Source: Desulfurococcales archaeon
Lineage (GTDB): Archaea; Thermoproteota; Thermoprotei_A; Sulfolobales; Desulfurococcaceae
NCBI GenBank assembly: GCA_027022365.1
Contig: JALVYU010000026.1
Span: 256,001 to 320,000 of the forward strand
Direction of reading: 5' to 3'
Length of the DNA: 64,000 nucleotides
Shown: in pieces, positions 9,773-19,364 of the stretch
Layout: the number at the start of each line of letters is the position of its first letter
Numbering within the stretch: position 1 is the first letter of the stretch
Translations under genes and position numbers: made by a program
The notes under the pieces: generated by a model
Told to the model about the DNA's origin: nothing
Database searches by the model: none
What the model saw: only the letters and a program-made list of their open reading frames with translations

Positions 9773-9952
9773 CAGTCACCTACCCTGTGCTCCTTGTACA
9801 TACACTAAGCTATTTCGGATATATTTAACATCCACGTATGATATAAGCTTAAACCGTTTAGTAAAGAAATCTATCTCATAGATCTGCTTTCACAGTTCAT
9901 CAATGATATGTTCCTATGTGTTTGCTTCACTGTTTTTATCGGTGCATACTAT

Positions 9953-11104
9953 ATGAGGGGCCAGGCGGCTGTTATTGGTGTTGCCTTGTTCTTCATAGCC
10001 ATGATCATAATGGGGGCCGTGTTCCTCAGCCTAGTCTCCAAGACTGTGAAGCTGTTCATAGCCGAGGAAATGTCGCTAAAGTACCTGGAAAGAAGGGCCC
10101 AGGAGAGCTTAAAGATTGTATGGGGCTGGGATATGGTGTCGGCTACAGAGGGGTATCCCAAGCTTATCATAAATAATACTGGGTCAGTGCCGATACATAT
10201 TGTCCAGGTTAGGCTCAGTATAAGGGAGAAGGATCCAGACAGGCTCTCGTGGTCCAAGATAGTCCAGGGACCATGGATCATAGCCGAGGATAGGGATCTC
10301 CCTGTAGGAGGCTCACTAGTAATAAAGGCTAACCAGAAACTTAACAGGACACAAATAGAGTACTGGTACAAGAACAACATGACAAGAATACTAGAAGCAA
10401 GAATAGTGACAAGATACGGAAACGTATTCAGAACTGTATATGTCCCGAGACCTCCGAAGTCAGGTCTAAAACCGGGATACAACACGATATTATTCTACTG
10501 GTCTGCTCATGACTGGATGGATATAGAGAATAATGACTGGTGGCATGGAGACAGGCTGGGCTACTATAAGATGACTGCTCCGGATGGTGCTTGGAGCATT
10601 GACGGGGGCAATATCGAGATCCCCGAATGGACTACGGTCTCCTCGAAGACCATTAGCTTTGAGTTCATGGTTTATCTGCCGGGCACGGATAGTGACGGAT
10701 ATGTTTTGGGCAGTAAGAACTATCTCGTCCTGGCCGTAGAGTTTATTGATAAGGGCACGGGGCCCGCCTATCCCGCGACGGTCTACTATTCATGGTCCCT
10801 GATAATTACCGGTCTCGATGGTAGTAGCGTATACAGTGTCTCTACGGGAGAGATAGAAGACACAATATCTGTTCCTGACGGGGTTCCCCACACGGCGTGC
10901 TTCAAGCTGGAACCAGGCAACCCCAAGTTCATAGTATTCGACGACATCCATGTAGAGAAGTCTCTCGACAAAACACCTAAGAATATCGAGCCAGGCTGGT
11001 ACATCGTAGAGCTGAAAATAAGGCTCAGAGCAGAGGCCGGGGGATCCGCTACACTTGGCCTTAAAAGCGTATTCCTATACATAAGCAACAAGAATTTATG
11101 GTAA
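9953..11104 (+). CDS. large pilin/adhesin-like protein with class III signal peptide
   Basis: MRG/QAAVIGVALFFIAMII; INNTGSVPIHIVQV; IVTRYGNVF; start refined from 9908. Confidence 0.65.
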   Translation: MRGQAAVIGVALFFIAMIIMGAVFLSLVSKTVKLFIAEEMSLKYLERRAQESLKIVWGWDMVSATEGYPKLIINNTGSVPIHIVQVRLSIREKDPDRLSWSKIVQGPWIIAEDRDLPVGGSLVIKANQKLNRTQIEYWYKNNMTRILEARIVTRYGNVFRTVYVPRPPKSGLKPGYNTILFYWSAHDWMDIENNDWWHGDRLGYYKMTAPDGAWSIDGGNIEIPEWTTVSSKTISFEFMVYLPGTDSDGYVLGSKNYLVLAVEFIDKGTGPAYPATVYYSWSLIITGLDGSSVYSVSTGEIEDTISVPDGVPHTACFKLEPGNPKFIVFDDIHVEKSLDKTPKNIEPGWYIVELKIRLRAEAGGSATLGLKSVFLYISNKNLW

Positions 11105-11107
11105 TTT

Positions 11108-12025
11108 TTACCAGAGGGGTCTTCCTATATCATATAGTTTTTTATAATATGGTGCAATTATATTCTCCACCTCAGAACATGGGTAGGGTTTAATTGGGAA
11201 TTCTGGCTCATAGCCTGCTGACAGTTCTGCCAGGTAGAATATGTGGTTTTTCCATGTGAAGTTAAAGCATCCTTTCAATCTAGGAGGGGGATTATCAATG
11301 GCTATTGCCACGTATGCGTGATCAGCTGGGAAACCATTTGCTGGGCAGGCTTTAGCTGTTATATAAGCCACCCATAAACCAGCGTCAGCCGCTAGCTCGA
11401 TAGCTAAGCCAGATTTAGTCATACAGTTTCCCTCGTCATATACTATTTCAAGAAGTGCATCGTATGATCGTGGTTCCCACTTGTAATGGATCTGTGAGGC
11501 TATACTTAATATCATTAGGGCTAGTCTGTACTCAGTGTAGTTTGACGGGTATTCTTCAACGTATTTTCTTAGTGTAGTAGCTATTGCCTTTATGATTGGT
11601 TCTGAACCCCATTCCGGCATGTTGTTAAGGTGTAGTTCTATTACGAATTCTGGAATAATTATTTCTAAGACAACATATCTATGAATTATGTCATCGTAAA
11701 AGTAGAACTTTCTAGTAATTGTTGAGGAGTTTGCATGGTCTATAATGCTTAGTAATTGCAATAAGTTGTATTTCCCTGTTACTAGCTTTCCCTCTCTAAC
11801 CATTCTATCAGAGTACAGTATGTAGTCTCGGTATATCCTTTTCCATTCTTCAATTGTTTTATTAACAACGAGTATTATTCTATTGTTCTGTGTTGTTGTG
11901 GTTTGGTTTTCTTCTTGTTCTCTCTGTTTCAGTTCTGCAACTATGTTTGTATACATTACGTGTACGAGGAGTATGAGCACTATGACGATTAATGCCGTAG
12001 CGGCCGCTTTATGTATTGTTCTCAT
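11108..12025 (-). CDS. membrane-anchored transglutaminase-like (Cys-His-acid) protein
   Basis: N-terminal TM; GNCMTKS, DHAYVAI, YLAELS. Confidence 0.65.
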   Translation of the reverse strand: MRTIHKAAATALIVIVLILLVHVMYTNIVAELKQREQEENQTTTTQNNRIILVVNKTIEEWKRIYRDYILYSDRMVREGKLVTGKYNLLQLLSIIDHANSSTITRKFYFYDDIIHRYVVLEIIIPEFVIELHLNNMPEWGSEPIIKAIATTLRKYVEEYPSNYTEYRLALMILSIASQIHYKWEPRSYDALLEIVYDEGNCMTKSGLAIELAADAGLWVAYITAKACPANGFPADHAYVAIAIDNPPPRLKGCFNFTWKNHIFYLAELSAGYEPEFPIKPYPCSEVENIIAPYYKKLYDIGRPLW

Positions 12026-12350
12026 CTTCCCCCTCCTTGAAAGGCTCTATTATTATCTTGTCGCCGTCCCCGCGTATTTTTACCAGTTCATACTTATCCA
12101 GGCCGGTTTTCTCTGCTAGTTCCCAGGGTATGTTTACCCTGTACTGTCCCCGCCCTTTGGTCGGCTTCACGACGTAGTAGTCTATACGCTTGACCACCAG
12201 CTTATCGTCCTGGACCGTTACCAGGACCCGCTCTCCTTCTTTGAAGGGGGCTTTATCCTCACCAATATACAGTCTCAGCTTCCCCCTCCCCACATCCACT
12301 ACCCTGACCGGGCCCATGCCCCGTCTAAGCACAATCTTATCACTGGTCAT
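12009..12350 (-). CDS. tandem AbrB-like DNA-binding protein
   Basis: GQYRVNIPWELAEKTGL...DGDKIIIEP; start refined to ATG 12350; overlaps transglutaminase gene. Confidence 0.6.
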   Translation of the reverse strand: MTSDKIVLRRGMGPVRVVDVGRGKLRLYIGEDKAPFKEGERVLVTVQDDKLVVKRIDYYVVKPTKGRGQYRVNIPWELAEKTGLDKYELVKIRGDGDKIIIEPFKEGEDENNT

Positions 12351-12362
12351 CAACACTATTTC

Positions 12363-13551
12363 CAAGGAGCCCGGCTTCAGGTATATCGACGCCTTCTTCC
12401 CCGACAAGTGTAGATATGATAACATCTACCTCGCCACTTTTAGCCTTCTTAACAAGTTTTAGTCGCTCTTCCTTCTTCGTATCACTTGTTAAAACGGCTA
12501 CTTCATCGTCAGAGAACCCCATGTGGTTAACAATTGTTCTTTGGAATTCCTTAGCAGTAGCTTTACGAGATGTATATACCAGTACTGGCTTCAGGTTATC
12601 ATTTTCTTTAATACCATAGACCGTTAAAATATCAATTAATATTCGAGCTTTATGCGAGGGTTCACTCGAGTTGTATAGTTCGTCGAGGTCTCTATGGGGT
12701 ATTATCTTGTTTCTTTCGATGGCTCTCCTGTAGCTTTCACGGAATGCTTCCTTACCGTATCTTGATAGTGTTGACTCGAGGAACTTAATTATCTTGGGAT
12801 CTCCACTAGGTAGTGCTCTGAATAGGGCATTGTAGACCTTGTTTTCGAGATCGCTCATTTCTGCATCGAACAGGTCTGCTATGGCTTTTGGAGGCTTGAA
12901 GTTAGGGTCCATTTCTTCTAATCTCCTGAAATCATACGATAAGAGATGAGGATCACCGGTCACTTCTACAACTCCAAGGTCTAGCCGGTACCTCTTATAA
13001 CTGGGTAGTAGAGCCGTAAAACCAATTATAATATCCGGCTTGAGCTCCGTGAGTAGTTCCATGTAGTATTTCCCGCCAAAAAGCATGGTGTACCTCATCA
13101 ATTATTATCATTCTGAAGTCTTCCTTGAGAATAGATGTACATTTGAGGGCCGTCTGTGGTGTTGATATAACAATTCTTTTGCCAAGTTCAAGAAAGCTAT
13201 TACAGTTTCCCTCATATTCTTTACCGACGAGATCCCCGAATACTCTACTCCATAAGCCACATTCCCTTCCTCTCCCATACATTTGGTCACAGAGAAATCT
13301 GGTAGGCTCAATACAAGTATACGAGGGATACCATGTTGGAGACCGTAAAATGCCGTAAACATCTCGAGTAATGTTTTACCGCTACCAGTAGGCATAGAGA
13401 CTATAATAAACCTTGAACCTCTTTCTATAGCTCCAATAACTTCATTAGCAACATGTTCCTGATACTTTCTAAGCTTAAAACCAAGTATATTATAAACACG
13501 ATCATTGAAAGAGCCGAGTAAACTGCTCATATCCAAGGCCTTACGATACAT
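12363..13551 (-). pseudogene. SF2 DEAD/DEAH helicase, two frameshifts and 3' truncation
   Basis: MPTGSGKT, VL(E)PTRFL, IIIDEVHHA, GFTA, STLVGEEGVDIP spread over three frames; motif VI absent. Confidence 0.8.
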
Positions 13552-13596
13552 GATAACATGACATAATAATCCGAAGAAGAATTATTTTTAATTTAT

Positions 13597-13780
13597 TTTT
13601 TTAATATTTCCGGGTACTTCTTAATGACTGCTAGGAGCTTCCTTAATTTTTCTTCAGTTTCCTTTTTCTCTTATTTCCAGTTCCAATGTTGCTTGTTGGT
13701 GTAGTGGATAGGCACATCTCCAGCAGTAATTGGCTTTCTTAGGGTTGGTTGCTCCGAATTCCTGACATATTATGATTGTA
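13597..13780 (-). pseudogene. probable C-terminal zinc-ribbon remnant of an archaeal tyrosine integrase
   Basis: manual translation ICQEFGATNPKKANYCWRCAYPLHQQATLELEI then (other frame) ETEEKLRKLLAVIKKYPEIL. Confidence 0.45.
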
Positions 13781-14257
13781 TTGTGTATTGTATTGATGTT
13801 TTTCTCTTATTCGTCTGCCCCTTTTAAGTACAAGTGAATGGTTAATAGACCGATTACATTTGTGTCGTCAGCATATCGTAAGAGTCTTTCAATAACAGCG
13901 ACTTTATAGTATCCTCGCTAACATATAATTGAACCACTGCTGTGGCCCCGCAGAAGTTGCTTCTCTATGTATTTAAAGAAGAGACTCGAACGCAAAAGTG
14001 AGGGCTCCCTGGCGGAACCATATATTTTAGTTCGGGTTTCCAATCTCTTACATTCTTCTATACCTCCATTTAGCCTCTTGTTATGATTTCAGTAAAGCAT
14101 GTTGAGCCCTTGTCTTGGTAATGCGTTTGTTCCGATCATTATAGCTTTTATAAACCTCTTATCAGTCCACTAGAGACAATAAGAGTAGTACCTAACATAC
14201 AATATAATATTCTATTCAATGAAGATCATAAAATAACTTAGTAAAAAAGCAATGAGC

Positions 14258-15658
14258 TTATCTACTAATCATGGATATTTCTATAGCTGAGGCATCGACT
14301 AGCGAGTTATACCCGATACAGAATACCTTGTCTACTATCATTGGCAACGCGTTGTACAATAGCCCGGTAGTTACGGACATTTCTAATTCTAGAAGTGAAC
14401 CGTCATTGCTGTATGTGAGGTTTATTAGTCCTAGATTTATCCCTATAACGTAGCAGTTGTCTCGTATTTTAACGCCATAAATTATATGTTTGACTATTAT
14501 CTCACCATTAATAGTTTTGTATATATGTTCATGTTTTCCAACGATGACTATTGTCATTAGCTCCTTATGATGATTAGCTCTTGAAAACATATTTGTTTTC
14601 ACATCATACATTATCAGTGTTTTGTTCTCTGGAACTATTTTACGATATGTCAAGAACGGGGGTAGATTCATGATTCTTATATTCTCCCCACAGATGGGGC
14701 AAGAGCCGATGTTTTGGTAGGGAGAAATTATTTTCTCTATTAGGATTAGTCCGCCTCTATGTACAATAGTCCCATTTCTTAATATCATAATTGGTTTAGC
14801 TATATATTCATCACCGCATTTTTCAACGTATATTAGGTTTGCTAACGAGTATGTCTTATTATCTATTTTCATTATGGTTTTGGGGAGTACATTGTATAAT
14901 ATTAGAGTTTCGTTACTATACATGCTCCTATTTGTTAGATGGAAAATCCACTCTCCAATGAATCTACCATGGCTATCAACTACTGATCCCGTCTGCATAT
15001 TAACATGTACGGTTCTAGTAATGTTTAGATAGTTGAAGACCGCGATATGAAACCCATCTTTAATTATCCAGCTAGAGTCTATCCGTGGAAGCGGCTTGTA
15101 TTTCTCACCGCACACAGCTATCCCTTTCTCGAAAACGAGCGTTATGTTAATCTTCGCTTTACTGTTATGCTGTATAACTACATACATTCTTTCCGATAAT
15201 ATTCTACATGATATCTTATTTAATAGGTTGCTTATGCTTTCTAGATCATTATGCTGGCACATAATAGCTCTGTAATCCTTATAACTATTGTATAATACAA
15301 CATAATATCTTGGATAAAATGAACCGTTGATTAATCCTTTCCCATATTTATTGATTATCTCATTAGCAATGCTTCTGAATATGTATAAATGTATCGTATC
15401 ATTAATATCACCCAAGGTTCTGACCTGATATAGCGTTTCTACCGGCTTTACAACAACGTCATGTGAGGCACTGGTAGTATTTATTGAGCTAGGCGAACTA
15501 AATTGATTAATGGATGGGGGGACGTTATATATCGTACCGCTAAGTACAAGTAATAGAATTAATATAGCGGTTGCGGCACCAGCTAGAACATATGTGGAAG
15601 TTTTACTTCCAACCATATATATCGCCTTCATACAGTTATGTGAAGCATGTTCCAGCAA
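14258..15658 (-). CDS. hypothetical membrane-anchored/secreted protein
   Basis: long AT-rich ORF with N-terminal TM helix. Confidence 0.6.
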   Translation of the reverse strand: MLEHASHNCMKAIYMVGSKTSTYVLAGAATAILILLLVLSGTIYNVPPSINQFSSPSSINTTSASHDVVVKPVETLYQVRTLGDINDTIHLYIFRSIANEIINKYGKGLINGSFYPRYYVVLYNSYKDYRAIMCQHNDLESISNLLNKISCRILSERMYVVIQHNSKAKINITLVFEKGIAVCGEKYKPLPRIDSSWIIKDGFHIAVFNYLNITRTVHVNMQTGSVVDSHGRFIGEWIFHLTNRSMYSNETLILYNVLPKTIMKIDNKTYSLANLIYVEKCGDEYIAKPIMILRNGTIVHRGGLILIEKIISPYQNIGSCPICGENIRIMNLPPFLTYRKIVPENKTLIMYDVKTNMFSRANHHKELMTIVIVGKHEHIYKTINGEIIVKHIIYGVKIRDNCYVIGINLGLINLTYSNDGSLLELEMSVTTGLLYNALPMIVDKVFCIGYNSLVDASAIEISMISR

Positions 15659-16130
15659 GAGATGCTGCTACAGAAGGTTCAACACTACCGCACATATTCT
15701 GGACAACTGAGGTGTACATTATATTGCCAGCGGGATGATAGCTGGCAGATACTGTGCTCCCATCGAGCCAGAGGACTAGAGTTGTATGGTTATATATTCC
15801 TAGAGATATATCATAGTATCCTATTTGAACTAATGCGTAGCTATCAGCAACACAGCACGCGCCCCCTAGTAAGGCATCGCCTGTAGCGGTTCCTACACCA
15901 TAAGAATCTAAATCATTTGAACCAGTTATCTGAGCACTTACTTCGATAGAATCACAGTTACTGCTGGCCTGATTAGTGCAGTAAGGATCCCCGACACTAG
16001 TATTGATTTTACTCGCATTGTTAGCGTGAGTGATGAAAGGAATACTATATAGCCCTACGTATCCAGCCATAATCACTATAAATAAAAGCGGCATCATAAG
16101 CGTTAGAGCAATAAGCGAACGTTTCTCCAT
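15636..16130 (-). CDS. hypothetical secreted Cys-containing protein
   Basis: signal-like N-terminus, six Cys. Confidence 0.55.
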   Translation of the reverse strand: MEKRSLIALTLMMPLLFIVIMAGYVGLYSIPFITHANNASKINTSVGDPYCTNQASSNCDSIEVSAQITGSNDLDSYGVGTATGDALLGGACCVADSYALVQIGYYDISLGIYNHTTLVLWLDGSTVSASYHPAGNIMYTSVVQNMCGSVEPSVAASLAGTCFT

Positions 16131-16571
16131 ATGTTTATCGCCTGATATTTTCCTAAATTAATAAATAACTTATATTTTTTCTTTCATAGAATGATTTTTC
16201 CTTTGGAAAAAGGCTTTAATACGGCTTGATGGTTGAAGAGAAAAGCGTCATGGTATCGAAGTTTCTAATACCTCAGATGATGATCTTGAAAACACTATAG
16301 CTACAGGAAGGATCTAGTTGTATAATTGTTGGGCAGTTTTTAGTGTGGTTTTTAATGTTAGCTGATAAACGACTTGGAACTAGTGTTCGTTAAATATCCG
16401 GCTTGTATATGTTCTTTCCCATGCGTATTTCATAAGTTTTACAGAAATGATTATCAATGTGTTTTTATAGGTGTCTATGCACCATAATTGTGCGTTAGGT
16501 GATATGAGGGATGTGTTTTAACTAGTGGGTCTGAAACACGTGTTCTTCACCCCAAGTCCTTATCCGTATAC

Positions 16572-17834
16572 ATGTCTAGGCGGTCTCTCCTCAAAGATCT
16601 AGGGAGAGACGAAGAAGCCATTATTGTGGCATGGATAGCTGACAAGCACGAAGACAAGATCGTTCTTAGAGATGCTAGTGGCTACAGGGAATTTAGAGTT
16701 AAGGGCTCGAAGGATCTCTCTGAACTGCCGCTTGAGACACTCGTAGTTATCGAAGGGGAGATTAGAGATGATATCCTATTTGTCAAGAAGGTTATACCCC
16801 TGACATTACCGCGCAGGGAAAGAGGCTTCGACTACACAAGTGTAACGCGGGACACCGACCCTGTTGCCGCGGCCAAGTATTCACCATGGGTTCTCCGCAG
16901 CAAGCTACTGCAGTCCGTAGTGAGGCTTCAGCAATATATCCTGGAGTATGTCCGCGAATTCCTTTACCGGGAGGGGTTCACAGAGCTACTGCCCCCGATA
17001 GCCAGCGTTGTCAGTGATCCTGGCCTTAGGGGTGCTAGGAAGCTTAGGACGAGCCTATATGGCGTCGAGTATGAGTTGACGAGCAGTGTTATAATGTATA
17101 AACAATCCTCCGCGGCAGTGTTTGAGAAGATATTTTACGTTGCGAGAAACATTAGGGAGGAGCCTCCCGAGAACATAGGGACTGGGAGGCACTTGGTGGA
17201 GTTCACGCAGATAGATCTGGAGTGGGCGCTGGCTAGCGTGGATGATGTGATAAGGCTTGCAGAGAGACTCTTAGAATACGTCTCGGAGAAGCTTGCGAGA
17301 GAGAAGAGCTGGTTGTATGGGGAGCTCGGCGTGGAGCCGTACGTGTTTAAGCCTCCCTTCCCAAGACTAACATACGATGAGGCACTAGAGGTTGCGAAGA
17401 GGCTCGGATACAGTGTTGAGTGGGGTAAGGAGCTGAGCCATGAGGCTGAGACAGCGATAGCGATGGAATACGATTCGCCAGTGTGGATCACAGGGTTCCC
17501 GGTCGTGAGCCGGGGCTTCTACTACCTCCCTGACCCAGACAGCCCACGGTATAACAGGGACTTCAACCTAATACTGCCTAGAGGCTATGGCGAGGTAATA
17601 GATGGGGGAGAACGTGAGTACAGGTACGAGGAACTCGTCAAAAGGATAAAGGCTGTCGGCGAGCCGCTGGAGAAGTATGAGTGGTTCCTCGACCTCGCAA
17701 GGGCGGGAGGTATCCCTCCCAGTGCTGGCTGGGGCCTAGGACTGGAGAGGCTGACAAGGTTCTTGGCGGGACTAAAGCACGTGGGGTTAGCAACGCCATT
17801 CCCGAAGCTACCAGGCGTGGCCGGAACTCCGTGA
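16572..17834 (+). CDS. asnA: asparagine synthetase A (AsnRS-like, class IIb paralog)
   Basis: SDPG, LTSSVIMYKQ, NIREE..TGRHLVEFTQIDLE, EVIDGGERE, PSAGWGLGLERL, PFPKLPG. Confidence 0.75.
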   Translation: MSRRSLLKDLGRDEEAIIVAWIADKHEDKIVLRDASGYREFRVKGSKDLSELPLETLVVIEGEIRDDILFVKKVIPLTLPRRERGFDYTSVTRDTDPVAAAKYSPWVLRSKLLQSVVRLQQYILEYVREFLYREGFTELLPPIASVVSDPGLRGARKLRTSLYGVEYELTSSVIMYKQSSAAVFEKIFYVARNIREEPPENIGTGRHLVEFTQIDLEWALASVDDVIRLAERLLEYVSEKLAREKSWLYGELGVEPYVFKPPFPRLTYDEALEVAKRLGYSVEWGKELSHEAETAIAMEYDSPVWITGFPVVSRGFYYLPDPDSPRYNRDFNLILPRGYGEVIDGGEREYRYEELVKRIKAVGEPLEKYEWFLDLARAGGIPPSAGWGLGLERLTRFLAGLKHVGLATPFPKLPGVAGTP

Positions 17835-17851
17835 CCTTGCAGAGATTATGC

Positions 17852-18055
17852 TCAGCGGCAGTAACGATTCATGATCCTAATTATTTTCTGGCCCTTTGAC
17901 CTACTCTTGGTTCTTGCTATTACCTCGTCTCCAGCATCGATGACGTCGATTCCGGCAAGATAATCTTTAATACTTTGGTAGCAGCGCTTATCGATTATAA
18001 TGATGTAGTAGCCGCTTGGATCACGTGGGCCCAGAGAAGCCATTATCGCCACCAT
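17852..18055 (-). CDS. hypothetical protein
   Basis: short ORF filling gap between convergent/divergent genes. Confidence 0.45.
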   Translation of the reverse strand: MVAIMASLGPRDPSGYYIIIIDKRCYQSIKDYLAGIDVIDAGDEVIARTKSRSKGQKIIRIMNRYCR

Positions 18056-18123
18056 TATAGTAAAATATATGTTATCTGGTCGAGTATTATTATTTAAGAG
18101 CCAAGTTTTATGGTGAACGTTAT

Positions 18124-18786
18124 ATGAAATGGAATGTTACATGTAAACCGTCCTACTCGTTATTAAAAGTAGAGCTCGAGCCAGGTGAAACTGTCACGAC
18201 CGAGCCGGGCGCGATGGTCTATATGAAGGGAGATATAGAGATCAAGACGAGTAGCGGCGGAATACTAAAGGGCATTATGAGATCAATGCTTGGAGGAGAA
18301 AGCTTCTGGCTCAACACATACCGTGCACGCTCACATGCAGAAATATGGTTCGCCCCAAGCCTTCCAGGCGATATAGAAGCACTTAACATAGATGGTAAAG
18401 GACTCATAATACAGGACACTAGCTACCTTGCACATCACGGAGACATATCAATAGGCACTGCTTGGCGGGGATTCCGCGGACTACTCGCGGAGGGAGAGCT
18501 CTTCTGGCTAAAAGCCGAGGGACGGGGACTAGTATGGGTTACGAGCTATGGCGGCCTCGAAAAACTCGAGCTGAAGCCTGGTGAAAGAGTAATCGTTGAC
18601 AACTTCCACTTCGTAGCAATGGACGACGGCATGAAATGGAAAGTGAGAAAGTTTGGTGGATTAAAATCATTCTTATTCGGTGGAGAAGGCCTTGTGATAG
18701 AGGTAGAGGGACCTGGTAGACTGGTATTACAGACAAGATCACTGCCACCATTCATAGGGCTAATATCAAAATACCTTAGAAAGTAA
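18124..18786 (+). CDS. TIGR00266/AIM24 family protein
   Basis: EPGAMVYM, GGESFWLN, GEGLVIEVEGPGRLVLQTRS. Confidence 0.9.
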   Translation: MKWNVTCKPSYSLLKVELEPGETVTTEPGAMVYMKGDIEIKTSSGGILKGIMRSMLGGESFWLNTYRARSHAEIWFAPSLPGDIEALNIDGKGLIIQDTSYLAHHGDISIGTAWRGFRGLLAEGELFWLKAEGRGLVWVTSYGGLEKLELKPGERVIVDNFHFVAMDDGMKWKVRKFGGLKSFLFGGEGLVIEVEGPGRLVLQTRSLPPFIGLISKYLRK

Positions 18787-18792
18787 TGATAG

Positions 18793-18889
<97 letters not shown>

Positions 18890-18950
18890 AACCAGTATTT
18901 CAGAGTAGCAGGTTACCAAATTAAATCTTTTCTTCAAAAGGATTCTAGAT

Positions 18951-19028
18951 GGGTGCCGCCCGACGGAACCCGTACTCACCGGTCCCCGTGAGTCACGGGG
19001 ATCTTGTACGGGCGAGGCTCCGCCGTGC
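18951..19028 (-). ncRNA. candidate GC-rich structured ncRNA between tRNA-Val and tRNA-Trp
   Basis: stems CCCGTAC/GTACGGG and TCCCCGTG/CACGGGGA; TATA-like TAAATAAA ~24 nt upstream on minus strand. Confidence 0.45.
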
Positions 19029-19112
19029 AATAATATTTCTTCTCGTCTATCCTTTATTTAGGATTTTTCTCAACCGAATGAATATCGGGCTAGAAGATGG
19101 ATCGGGGAGAGA

Positions 19113-19256
19113 TGGTGGGCCCGGGGGGATTTGAACCCCCGACCTACGGGTCTCTCCCGGCTGTCCATTCTCCAGATCTATTTCATCCCCCTGATAGGGT
19201 CATAAGACCCGTAGAGATCTGGAGCCCGCCGCTCTGCCTGGCTGAGCTACGGGCCC
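19113..19256 (-). tRNA. tRNA-Trp(CCA), encoded CCA end, 67-nt 37/38 intron (19152-19218) with C/D guide features
   Basis: cloverleaf; CTCC/GGAG central helix; intron has segments complementary to the anticodon arm. Confidence 0.95.
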
Positions 19257-19364
19257 ACCAGGCTGTCATCCAGGAATTACGGTTAGTTTTTGGAGGTATA
19301 AAGGTTTTTGCTGTAGTATAACCGGATTAACTTTATCTTCTAAGCAAGGGATAATCTATTAGTG

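Noticed and set aside
16200-16400. Possible further integrase fragment (SDDDLENTI)
   Set aside because: Too short and degenerate to support
16500-16570. Possible C/D sRNA (CTGA present) upstream of asnA
   Set aside because: No convincing C box or D box
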